From Saprolegnia diclina VS20 (Eukaryota): DNA of 49,162 nucleotides. A program made the translations under genes and the position numbers. Positions 9,803 through 21,254 of this stretch are shown here, piece by piece. The notes under the pieces were generated by a model. That model saw only the letters and a program-made list of their open reading frames with translations, searched no databases and was not told the origin of the DNA. The stretch lies in assembly GCF_000281045.1 (NCBI RefSeq), contig NW_008246091.1:360190-409351 (forward strand), written 5' to 3'. Positions within the stretch are counted from its first letter, which is position 1; each line of letters opens with the position of its first letter.

Positions 9803-10437
9803 ATAAAAGTACTCTGACGTATCCCTTTTGTTCATCGATGGACCCAAACGTAGTACTAGTTTGCACGCCCTTCGTACTGCCAGGATTTGAAATCTCAATG
9901 GTAGAACCTTTACGTGCGGGGGTTACAAGGTAGTACCAGGACATGGTACACGGCATGCTCGTGTGCACTTATCTCTTGCTTGATCCACCTCATACACTTG
10001 AGTAACTCCGTGGAACCTTTGAGGTGGCTCCTTGTGGTTTGGAAACAGCATGCAACGTATGACAAGCGTTTGATTGGTTGAATAAATCTCGATTATTGAC
10101 CAATCATTTCAATGCTACTGTGTGGCAACACGGAGCGGGTGCCAGAATTGCGCCGCCAACGCGTCCAAAAATGAAATCGCTCAAACTCGGTTCCATGATA
10201 GACAACAGCTTGGAGACCTCAAGACACGACGTCGCGTCAGTGGGCGAGGCGTACAGCACGAGCAATGTCCTTCCTTACTAAATGTGGCGCACGCCATTTG
10301 TAGCCACAAATGACCACATCTTTAAGGAGAAACTAACCAGATTCAACCAGTCGCTCTCTATTGTTGATAAGGAGTTTCTCCAATATCCGGAGGCAAGACA
10401 GGCAGCTGCGTCGGTGCAAAAGATATCTCGACCGGCC

Positions 10438-11753
10438 ATGGCCCGCGCCCCGGCCGACCGCTGCCATGCGGGGTACCTCGTGCTCTTCCTCATGGGCGTC
10501 GCCGCCCTTCTGCCGTGGAACGTCTTCATCACGGCGGACGGCTACTTTGGCCAGCGCCTCGCCGGTACGCCGGTCGCGACCTCGTTCTTGACCTACTTCT
10601 CGATGGCTTTCAACCTCACCGCCCTCGGCGTGCTCACGCTCAACACCGTGTGCTTCCGGAGTTACCTTCCGCGGCCGTCGGTCAAGATCACGGTTGCGCT
10701 GGTGGGCATTGCGCTCGTCGTCTTCCTCTCGACGGTCCTCGTCAAGACACCGTCCATCCAAGGTACTCTTCGCTTTCGCTTGTATCTTGAGATTGCAATG
10801 TAGGGATGGTCTTCTTCAACATGACGATGACGAGCATCGTTGTCGCGTCCATTTGCGCCGCGTACCTCCAGGAAGGCCTCTTTGAGCTCACGGCCACGTT
10901 CCCGGAACGCTACACTCAGGCCATCATGACGGGGCAGAGCCTCGCGGGCTTCCTCGTCTCGCTCAGCGCCTTTTGCATCGCGTACCTCCACCTCAACCCT
11001 ACGACATTTCAAATGGCGTGGTATGTCGGCGACGACGCCACCGAGAGCGCGTTCTCGTACTTTCTCACAGCCTTTGTGACGATCGCGCTGGCCATGCTCG
11101 CGTTTGCCGCCTTCCTCAAGTCGCCTGTCGCCCGCTTCTACATGGCGCCGCCCTCCAACGGCGTCGTCGCGTCCCTAGAGAGCCTCTTGGAAGACGCGCC
11201 CAAAGGCAAGGTGACCCTCAACCCGGCCAAAGTGCTCTGGCGCGTCCGGTCGTACGCCATCTCGGTCGTCCTCGCCTTCTTCCTCTCGCTCGCCGTATTT
11301 CCCGTGCTCACGTCGGCGGTCGTGTCGTCGAGCAGCAACAAGACGTTTCGAGCGCTCTTCACGCCGCTCACCTTTGTCCTCTTCAACGCCGGCGACCTAT
11401 TCGGCCGCATTGTTGCTGGCGTCGGCCCGCACCTGCTCTCGGGGCGCGGCCTCGTCCTCTTGTCGCTTCTTCGCCTCGGGTTTTTGCCGCTTTTGGGCCT
11501 GTGCCGCCTACAGGCAACAACGCCGACGCACGTTGTCTTGGACCACGACGCGTACCCGCTGGTGCTCATCTTCCTGTGCGCGTTCTCGAACGGCCTCGTC
11601 GTGAGCTTGGCCATGATGCAGAGCGCGCACAGCGTCGCGCCCCACCAACGCGCGCTCACGGGCGCCCTCATGTTCTTTTGCCTCACGTTTGGCCTCACGC
11701 TCGGCGCCTTAGCATCCTTCTTGACCCATGCCTGGCTCGTACCGAGCTCATAG
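10438..11753 (+). CDS. Equilibrative nucleoside transporter (ENT/SLC29); 41-nt intron at 10763-10803
   Basis: Motifs FLMGVAALLPWNVFITA, FPERYTQAIMTGQSLAG, LFNAGDLFGR and AFSNG. Multi-TM protein, and splicing restores the frame. Confidence 0.95.
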
Positions 11754-12469
11754 ACAGCCTCAGACCTAGAAGCTCGTGTGTATACTTGTCAATCAAGAAT
11801 CATATTCTGCCCTGCAGAACCTTATTCGTACCGGTACTACCAAGAACTGCGACTTGGACGCCAAGGAGCCGACTACACCTGCACCACAATTCTCGCCTAA
11901 GAGCCCGAACTGCTCGATTTTCTTTGGCATCTTTTTAGCTCCATAGGAGTCGCCGCGGAGTATTTACGTCGAGCGCTATCTCTGTCCGCCTCGATATGTC
12001 CCTCAATTGAGGACACGATGCAGAACGGCCGACCAAGTAGTCATGGCCTTGGTCCGACGGTATTACTACGTAGTATCTGGTTTTCAATGATCCAGTCTAA
12101 TACAATAGACGACGGTTCACTTCAACAACAAGCAACTGCCTGCAAGATCGACGGCGTACTAGTAGATAAGAGAGTTGACACGCTTGGGGATAGGTTAGGG
12201 GTAGATTACCTGTCGATGGCAACTTGGCGCATGCAATGTAAGTGTGTGTTTACACGTTAGTGGCGTTGGACTAGACAGCTATGCATTCTCGACGGGTGTT
12301 TGCACGGTCAGAAGTTTAGCAAAATGGACTATAGAAACAAAGCCGAAAATGCCTCGACGTTTCCGACGGAAGTGTCTGGAGTGGCAAAATATATATCAAA
12401 GGCAGCGTTAACTTAGTGGAGCGGGTCTTGCTGATGCGACAATATTATAGACATACTGTCCTGCTGCTC

Positions 12470-14369
12470 TCAGAGCAAGGCGCGCTCGACAAGCTGCGTG
12501 AGCCGGCGCTGGGCAAAAGGTGTGAGGGCCCCGGCGTCCACGACGGGCGCCGAGAGGTGCGGCACTTCAGCCGCGAATGCGTTGGAGGTTTCCTTGACGA
12601 TCGCCGTGAACCGATCGCGCGTCAAGCGTCCGTCGCGCAGCCGAGGGTACACGAGCTGCTTGACAAACTGCACGATGACGTCGCAGTACGGCAGCGTCTT
12701 GAGCGCGGCGGACGGTGACTTTTTATGCGACGAGGATGGCACCATGGGTGAGATCACCGGCAGCGCAATCATCGGCGGCGGCGGGCGGCGCACGACTGCC
12801 GACGCTGGCGCGACCGGCTTGGCCACCAGCTGCTTCCATTTGTCCAAGACGGTGCGCGCTGTCGCCTGGCATGGGCCCGCGTCCTTTGTGAGCTGGAGCA
12901 CCAAGTGGCCGAGTCCGTCGCTCTAGTGCGTCGTTCAGTGGTCGTCCGTCGCAGAGTCGCATCGCTACCTGCTTGAGATGCTCCTTGGCTATGGGCAGCT
13001 TGGCCAGAAGCGTGAGGAGCCCGTCCATAACGTGCTGGTGCTGAGGTCGGCCCGGGCCATACGGCGACAGCCACGATTTCAGCAGCGGAAGCACCTGCCA
13101 CTCGAGCACTTGGCGCTGCTGCGCGGGGTTGAGCGCTTCGAAGAACGACTTGACCTGCGGCAAGAGACGCAGTTTGGCCGCCGCGGGCACATTGTAGACG
13201 GCCGTCGACGCGTCTTTGGCCTCGGCCAGCTGCATCGCGTCACGCAGCGCTACAAACTCGGATCGAAACGACGCTTTGGGCGCCGACGCAGCCGCCGCGG
13301 CGGGCGGCGGCTCGCGCACGATGGGCATTGCGTGCGGCGTGAGCGTCATCATTTGACGCGCCCGCGCGCTCTCCGCCCACATAGCGTCCGTCTCACGCTT
13401 GCGCTTGAGCGCCGCGGTGGCGGGCGGCAGCGGAACTGGACGCGTCCGCTCGAGAATGCGCGCGGCCTCCTCCTGCATGCGACGCATCTCGGTCGACGCG
13501 ACCGACCGCGGGTGGTACGCGGGCTCGGACGAGTAGTACTGCGACACTTCGCGCTCAAACGGCAATGGCACGCGCTGGCCCCGACGCACGCCGAGGCGGG
13601 TTTCCAGCGGCGTCCGTCGGCGCAGTGGTACCGATCGGCGGGTGCGACCGCTGCGCGACGCGCGCAACGACGCCAACGTCGTGGCCTCCCGGCGCGCCGA
13701 CGACCGCCGGTGCTCGTGCTCGGGGCAAAACCAGCTCTGGGCCGGGACGCCTGGCAGTCCCAAGCACAACGTGTGGCACGCTACCTCGCAGTTGTCGGCG
13801 TCGCAGAGCAAGAGCGACTCTTCGCTGTCGCCGTTGCCGCAGAGCATGCAGGCAAACTCGTTGAGAAGATTGCGCGCGTGCGACAGGTCGGCGCTCGCAT
13901 CGTCGCTGTGGACCTGCTTGGCGTGCTTGATGGGCGTCCGCTTCGTGATGACGCCATGGACGTTCTTTTGCACGATGCTCGTAAAGCGCGTCTTGCACAT
14001 GGGGCAGAGGTTCGTGACCTTGGCCCACTTGAAGATGCACTCAAAGTGGAAGCAGTGCACGCATTTGAGGAGGTGGCCCTGCGTCTCGAGCGGCACCGCG
14101 TCCAAGCAGATCGAGCACTATCGATAGCACCGGGAGCCATGAGAAGCTTGTGCTTCACGTCATCTAGTAGCGTCCTGTACCATCTCGTCGTCGGCGGCGT
14201 CTTCATCGTCGTCGTCGAGGTCGGCGAGGTCGGCGGGCTTGGACATCGCATGACCCGGTGGCGCGGGCTTGGCCTCGTCGTCGTCGTTGCCGTACTCGTC
14301 GAGAAGACTGTCATCGTCGTCGTCATCGACCATGTACGAGAGGTCGATCGGCGCTGCGTGTGTGCCCAT
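12470..14369 (-). CDS. RING + PHD finger protein (PHRF1/SCAF11-like) with TFIIS-N/IWS1-like and SRI-like C-terminal domains; introns 14118-14180 and 12923-12968
   Basis: Spliced RING CSICLD...CVHCFHFECIFKWAKVTNLCPMCK. PHD CMLCGNGDSEESLLLCDADNCEVACHTLCLGLPGVPAQSWFCPEH. Also LLKSWL...LAKLPIAKEHLKQSDGLGHLV...VLDKW and VKQLVYPRLRDGRLTRDRFTAIVKE. Confidence 0.85.
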
Positions 14370-14536
14370 GCTGCTGCGACGGCGGAGGAAGATGCTGCGG
14401 CTGGTAGCACGGTCAAGATCCGGCAATCCAGCCTGTTCTTAAATTCGCCGAAATCAAAGGTGACTGGATTTCACTATCAAATTAAAAAAGACCAATTCGG
14501 CGCTTGTGATTGGTCCGAGCTCAACAGCAATCTCAA

Positions 14537-15994
14537 ATGGCGACGACGAGCGTCGTGGTCCCGCGCCTGTACCGGTCCGCTTCTGCTCTGTCGCCTCGCC
14601 GTCGCCTCATCTGTACATGACCTAGCGCCCTCCTACGGCTGGCCAAGACGTTCCATGCCAATGAGATTGCCGACAAGTCCATCTACGCCGGCGTGCGCTC
14701 CGGTGGCCTCCTGCCCTACGACGGCGTCCAAGAAGACTGGAAGCGTGAGCAAGGCTTTCGCCTGCACCTTGACGTGCTCTCGCCCACGGACGTACAGGCG
14801 ATGGCGTGGAAGGATGTTGTCGCAGCGATCCACCTCAAGTTTGCGACGCCATCGCGCCTCGCGGATGCCGAGCGCATCGACCGCGGCTTCTCGACGCTGC
14901 GGGCGCTCGGGGACCACAATGCACTCATTGAGCTCTGCGTTTCGAACGGCGCCTTCACGCCCAAGGTACGTCGCTCTGTCGAGTCGACGAGGTGCTGAGA
15001 GGGACTAGCGCCGGATGCCGACGATGCGCTTCAAGGTCGGCGACGTCGTCGACGTCCAGGGCCTCGGACGGGGCGTGATCTGCAACTGGTATTACCCGAC
15101 GCTGAAATACATGGACAAGAAGACAATCAAGATCAAGTACACGGTGCTGCTGCACACGGACCGCACGAACGAAGAGTGCGCTTGCATGTCGATGGCGTCG
15201 ACCAACAACTGGTGTGTAGGGATCGCTGGAAGATGTACCGCGTGACCCAGGAGCGTCTGCACATGGCCGAGATTCCCGAGGTATCGCTCGTATAGCTGCT
15301 CGTATCTGGATCGAATTGCGTAGCCCATTTCGAACCCGTCGCTGCTCTTCTACTTTGATGGGTTTGAGCACGGCCGGCACGTGCCGTCGCACGCGCTGGC
15401 GCTGCGCTTCCCGGACGACGTTGATGCTCATCCTGCTCCGGTGCTGCCCACCATCATGCAGCTCCAGAGCGCGGACGAGAGTCTACTGACGCAGTACCTT
15501 CGCAGCGCCGACACGACCATTGTCCGCTTCACCAAAGTGGCGCTCGAGTCGATTTGGCTCAACGAGGCCGGCGAGGTCGCCAAGGCCGCGCTCGACGACG
15601 CAATGGCCGTGTACGAAGGCGGCGCCGTCGACCAAGGCAAAGCCATTTTGCACGACCTCGTCGAGACGTATCCGGACTGGGCGCCGGCCCTCGAGAAGCT
15701 CGCGATGGCGACACTGGCTGACGGTACGCTCCTTGCCTCTACCCTTCGCAGATGTTGATATATACGTGGAATGCAGAGCATTTTGCCGAAGCCCAAAAGC
15801 TCTTTCAGCGCGTTTTGGATCTCAAGCCGTGTCACTTTCGCGCGCTCAGTGGCCTCGCGACGTGCGCCGTGCGGCAGCGCGACTGGACGCTCGCGCACGA
15901 CACGGCAGCCAAGCTCATTCGGCTCGAGCCCGACTCGGTGATCGCGCGCAAGGTGCTCACCAAGGTCGACGAAGCCTTGTACCACTTGCTATAG
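14537..15994 (+). CDS. Protein with an LYR-like N-terminus, a YccV/HspQ-like (hemimethylated DNA-binding-like) domain and C-terminal TPRs; ~6 exons
   Basis: Spliced VPRLYRALLRLAK (intron 14575-14625). RFKVGDVVDVQGLGRGVICNW and ISNPSLLFYFDGFEHGRHVPSHALALRFPDD. TPRs such as FQRVLDLKPCHFRALSGLA. Confidence 0.8.
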
Positions 15995-16043
15995 ACAGTG
16001 ACCAGTCCGCCCTTTCTACATTTCCCCTTAGACGCGCTCTCGA

Positions 16044-16749
16044 TTGAAATCATTTTCGTTTGATGTACGTTTGTGGTGGCCGTAGAAGAGCTACGCTGTC
16101 AAACACTGGCAGTGCCGAGGAGCCCTTGCCGTAGACTCCACCTGTTCGAGCTTCCTAGTCATAAATTTAGCTCTCCCGTTGCCTGGCCGGGCCTGGCCAA
16201 CAGAACACGTTTGCACGCTACATTGCACCGCAACCGAGTGGCGGTGGACNNNNNNNNNNNNNNNNNNNNNNNNNNNNNNNNNNNNNNNNNNNNNNNNNNN
16301 NNNNNNNNNNNNNNNNNNNNNNNNNNNNNNNNNNNNNNNNNNNNNNNNNTGTTGCATGCGCTACCATCGACAGCTCTTGGCATGGCGTGGGTCTCGTCGT
16401 ACTTGACGTCGTGCCTCGACAACGCCTTTAGTGCAGCGTACAACCGCAGTCTCGTGCGCAACACGTCCAACTTTTTCGGCCACAAGGAGCCGTCGTTGAT
16501 CGAAGTGTACAACGCCGGAACGACATTGTCACCCATTTTCCAAGTTGTCCTTGAAATCATTTTCGTTTGATGTACGTTTGTGGTGGCCGTAGAAGAGCTA
16601 CACTGTCAAACACTGGCAGTGCCAAGGAATCCTTCCCGTAGACTCCACCTGTTCGAGCTTCCTAGTCATAGCTCTCCCGTTGCCTGGCCGGACCTGGCTA
16701 ACAGAACACGTTGCACGCTACATTGCACCGCAACCGAGTGGCGGTGGAC
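16044..16749. repeat. ~200-bp diverged direct repeat (16044-16249 and 16551-16749) spanning a gap
   Basis: Both copies start TTGAAATCATTTTCGTTTGATGTACG. They differ by several substitutions plus 6-nt and 1-nt indels. Confidence 0.9.
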
Positions 16750-16788
16750 TACGCGACTAGAGTCCTTCTCATCACATTAATATAGTTA

Positions 16789-16865
16789 CTAGGGTTAGCC
16801 TCGTGTTTTCTTGGAGCACGTTTTGGTCGAGCTCTTTGGTTGAGGTTTTGCATTGGGGTAGCGTG
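16789..16865 (-). mobile_element. Second copy of the 3' end of the Helitron-like element, cut by a gap
   Basis: The reverse complement matches 7514-7590 at 74/77 nt. Similarity ends at CTAG-T. Confidence 0.75.
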
Positions 16866-17008
16866 NNNNNNNNNNNNNNNNNNNNNNNNNNNNNNNNNNN
16901 NNNNNNNNNNNNNNNNNNNNNNNNNNNNNNNNNNNNNNNNNNNNNNNNNNNNNNNNNNNNNNNNNTCATTAATATGCTTTTAACGGACAGTACTCTGGGC
17001 TGCACAGT

Positions 17009-17175
17009 GGCCTGCACGTTTTAGCGGACAGGGAGCCGTCAAATTCTCTTTCATGGATTTTTATTTTCCTCTCCAGGAATATAATGACTGGATATTGGTA
17101 TGTATTATTTTAAATCAAGCATAAGCGACGCGTGAACAGAATTCAGCGGCTGCTTGTCCGCTAAAATGCTTGGCC
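17009..17175. repeat. Small fold-back/MITE-like element with ~30-bp imperfect inverted repeats
   Basis: GGCCTGCACGTTTTAGCGGACAGGGAGCCG (17009-17038) pairs with CGGCTGCTTGTCCGCTAAAATGCTTGGCC (17147-17175). The interior is AT-rich. Confidence 0.55.
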
Positions 17176-18317
17176 AATCACAGGCCGAAGAAAATGAGAA
17201 AAGCGCAGTGTTTTGGCGAATGGGCGCAGAGAACAATGACCGCAGGCGGCGGGCTGCGCACATGAGTGAGCGCCGACAGCGGACAGCTACAGCGGACGTA
17301 CCGGTATTCGACTGCTAGAACTTTACGGTTGAGGGCGCCCACCACATGTGCACTGCAATGCCGTCCGTAAGATGCTCGAGAGCAACCTCAACGAGATCAA
17401 GAAGCACTAGTACTGCGCGAGGTCAACACTGGGTGCGCTGTGATAATGAGCCGTCCTCGTTGAAGGAAGCCACGGACGGATGGACACGAAGCGCGCGTCT
17501 TCAATTAAGAATGTTTCCTTGCGTTTATTAGGATGGTATAGCGTCGACGCTCAGTGGTTACCGCGTCAACGCAGTGCGCTCGCGAGTTTCAACTGGGATC
17601 GTAAATTGCCCTGTCATCTCGGCTACGGTGATGGCATCAAGGAGGTGTACTAGTACACAGATACACACACTTTCGAGCTCCTAATGAAAAGCATGATGTA
17701 GCGTGCGTCGGCATTCGGCGCTTGCTTGCCACGCAAGTCCAATCCTCGAGCAAGGTCCCCGTTTACCTTTGACGAGTACGAGAGCCTCGGCCGAGACAGC
17801 CGCGCGCTCCCGCTTCGCGCGCCTCTTCTTGACCATGTAGTGGGGCTTATGTGCCGATCCAAGTCGACGGAGACGGTATACTTGGAACACCACTCGAGCG
17901 TAGGCGACTCTACGATAGCGAGCTGCCTCAATACTCCGCAACCATATTGCCACGTCACGGAGACTTTTTGGCCAATCAGATACCAGGGAATTTTAACGGG
18001 TGGCCTGTCCGTCAAATTCCGATCACAATTCAATATTTGGCTCATCGCTCTGGATCTTTTGGGGCGCTTCTGGGGACATTGGAAGGCCGAGATTTTAAAA
18101 AATGAGCTAGAAAGACCAGTATTTGATCACGATTTTCTTTAGATGGACACGTGGTGCATGAAGGAGGTGTCTGTGTGCTTGAGAAAGGAGCCGACAGCCG
18201 CGGGACTCTGCTCAATGGCCAACAGTCGGTTTTGACCGAAATCGAACTTGAATTGACGTCAACTGTAGCATTCACATCTTCAAGCATTTCAGGGCACACT
18301 GTTATTAAGCCGGGCGT

Positions 18318-20226
18318 CTAGTCTTCGGCCACCTCGGTTTCGTCGAGCTCAACTTGGGCAATGGTGTACTCAACGCTGACGTCCCAGCGGCTTCCTGGCG
18401 CCCGGACGCTCACAAACTTGACAAACTTCATCGTGTTCTCGTCGTGCATCACGAGGTTGAGCGCGTTGTGTTGGGCGTGTACTGTGACCAGCGCATCGTC
18501 ATCGTCATCGTCATCTTGGAGCCCCTTGGCAACGTCACCGAGACCATCCTCTTCAGCCGATTGGTAGCACTCGAAGCCGCCCACGTCGCCACTGCCCCAC
18601 GCCTCCTTGGCGTCGGCACCACGGCAGTCGGCGAAGCACAGCACGAGATCCAGTAGGGTCTCTGCCGGGAGTGTTTGCTCGTGTGCGAGCGTATAGTCCA
18701 AGCCGGCGCGGAACCGGCGCACTTGACTGCGCACACCAGTGGGCAGAAACCCCGTGAGAAGCCAAATAAACTTCTGGAACGGCTGCGACGCCACAAGCTC
18801 GTCCTTGATATGACCGAGGAGCTGGCCCGCGCTTGCGCTGCTGCTCTTGGCACCCTCGCCAACATACGCGAGGTACCGCTGGAGATGCACCGGGCCACGA
18901 GGATCCCATGCTTCATCGTAGCCGGCCGTATACTGCGGAACCTGCCCAGATCCCAGTTGCACCGCATCGTCGGCGCTTCGTGTGGCCGTCGCAATCGCAT
19001 CGGCCAAGTCGGACTTCAAAAAGTCGTGCAGCTAAGGACGGACCAGTAAGTCAATGAACGGTCGACAACAATTGAGCGTACCTGGAGACTCCCGCTGGAG
19101 CGAAACGATGATTGGATGTCGCCAATCGTGCGCATAGCGAGGTAGATCGGGTTCACAAAGGCACGGAGAAACGCCAGGTCGCCGCTCGTTAGTTGCGGAT
19201 TCTGCACGATGCTGTCCATGGGGAGCTCGCCGAATGGAGACACGTGCTCACGCAAAACTGAGAGTTGCTCTTGCGTGGCGGCATCGACGCCGGCGGGCGC
19301 GACAGCCTGTATGCGATGATGAGCCTTTTGACTCGATACAGCCATGGAGAGCACCTGATGGAACCAGCCTTGAATAGATAGACGGGGCTTCTCCGCATAG
19401 ACTTCCTACGCACGTGTGAGCAGACGACGCGAATAATGCTCAGATGGAGGGAGCTACCTGGACCGAGTGAAAGCTCACGCCCGGGATGACCGTGAAAAGC
19501 GCCATCGTGTTATACGTGGGGAGAGCAAATGCCGTCGGAACCAAGTCGGGCACGCGGTCGTTCGATGCCATCGACGGGTACAGCTCGAGGCTGCCGCCGT
19601 CCACAACCGTCCAGTCGTCGTCCGGGTCGCTGAGATAGATGACGTAGCTCACGCAGCGTGTGCCAATGACGTCGTCGTGAGGCAAGAGATGGCAGCCTTG
19701 CATGTACACGTTCGCGGCGCAGTCCACCTTGTCTGTCAAGGGCGGGCAACCCGTGATCGCCGTAATGTAGTCGCGAAATTCCTTGCCATACTACACAGTC
19801 GTCACATGAGCAATTTCAGGAGGATGCAAAATCGCAGTACGAGGGCATCACGCAGCTCAAGGAGAGCTGGCAGATCCTTTGCGATCTTGTCCGACGTCTT
19901 TAGGTTCCCGAGGTCGATCGTCTGGTAGAGCTTGAAGAGGTCCGTCTCCTTGAAGTTGCCCTCGAGGTGCGTAATGCATTCGTGGTGCACCTGCACCGCG
20001 TGAGGCTACGCATCCTGCACGCATATGATACCTTGTTCATGTGCTCGCGCGTGCACAGCGCTGGGATCTGGTAGTGCGGGTACGGCTTTGTCGTCGCGTA
20101 GGCCGCCTGGACCGACGCACGCGCTGCCGCAGACGACTGCAACAGGTCCGGATGGAGGACCGACGGCTTCGCATCAAACTTGGCCTTCTTCGGCAGCGGC
20201 TCTAGAGTCGTCGAGGTAGGGTCCAT
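18318..20226 (-). CDS. OGFOD1: Prolyl 3-hydroxylase OGFOD1/Tpa1 (2OG-Fe(II) dioxygenase), multi-exon
   Basis: KPYPHYQI, FKETDLFKLYQTIDL, HLLPHDDVIGTRCVSYVIYL (HxD), GGSLELY and PGVSFHSVQ. The C-terminal domain has RRFRAGLDYTLA and MKFVKFVSVRAPGSRWDV. Confidence 0.92.
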
Positions 20227-20562
20227 GCAACCTCCATGCGACGCCGTCTACCTCGTGCTTGGTCCGCCATTGAGTTTGGTGGCGTGGGAATGAATATGGA
20301 CACGCGACACGTTAAAAACGTTTTTGTTCGTTGCTGTGTCATGCATGTCTTACCGTTTGTATACGTTTGACACCCTGTGTATTGAACGATTGGTTAAACA
20401 TTGAAAAACGTGGTTTGTCACGGCTAAAAAAACGTGGTTTGTCGTGGCGCGACATGCGAGCACGCTCGCCGACAGCAGGATCTTCAGAAGCAACCTACGC
20501 AGTCTACTCATTTGGCAATTAGACCTTTCGCCCACGGTAGCTCCCTTCCATATTCATCCCCC

Positions 20563-20976
20563 ATGTCAAGCCTTGAGAAGCATGTGATGGACGACAGTGT
20601 CTTCCTCGTCGAGAAGCTCGCCGCTTCCTCCACAGCGAGAGGGTCACACTCGTGCTCGCAGTGCCAACTCAAGTTCCGTCTCCTCCAACGATGGCGCTAT
20701 GCCTGTAGCTTGGTACGAAGGACGCATACCTAACGGTGTCAAAGCTCATTGTCGAGGACGTTCTAGTGCGGGGGCGCCGTGTGCCGTCAGTGCCATCTCA
20801 AGGTCCACGTCAACGTTCTCAACAATGGGTGCCAGCGTATCCGCGCTTGTGCCAAGTGCATCTCGACCTTCGACGGCGCCCGCGAGCGCCGCGTATCGTG
20901 CCAAACGCTCTTTTCACCCGAAGATTTGTGTGTCGACGATGCTCGTCGGTCACGTGAGTTTTTGTCCCTGCAATAA
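20563..20976 (+). CDS. Small FYVE-like zinc finger protein (3' end uncertain)
   Basis: Splicing gives CSQCQLKFRLLQRWRYACSL|CGGAVCRQC...IRACAKC, with FYVE-like spacing of 8 Cys. Confidence 0.7.
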
Positions 20977-21254
20977 CACAGTGAAATACCATTGGTGTGC
21001 TCTTGATGGGCAGAGCTAGCGGACAGCACGCAAGGCTGCACAGCGATAATTCACGCAGTTTAGCGGCCACGAAACCAGGAAGCCGGTGATAACTATTGAT
21101 CATGGCAGGTCCATCTCAAATTGCGAATGTGCATCTGTGGCCTTGGATGGGCGTCGAGCTTTCTACCCAGCATGATTGCGTCGAGCAGCCATTTTGAACG
21201 CACCATTGATAGGGGGGCCTACTAAATCGTCTTGACCGGGAATGCCTCCGGGAA

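Noticed and set aside
12978..15008. 676-aa plus-strand ORF
   Set aside because: It is the antisense shadow of the GC-rich RING-PHD gene running into a wrong frame of the next gene. It is Arg-rich with no motifs.
17430..17600. Possible hAT transposase remnant (ATDGWT...WYSVDAQW)
   Set aside because: Only a short motif across a frameshift; too weak without a profile search.
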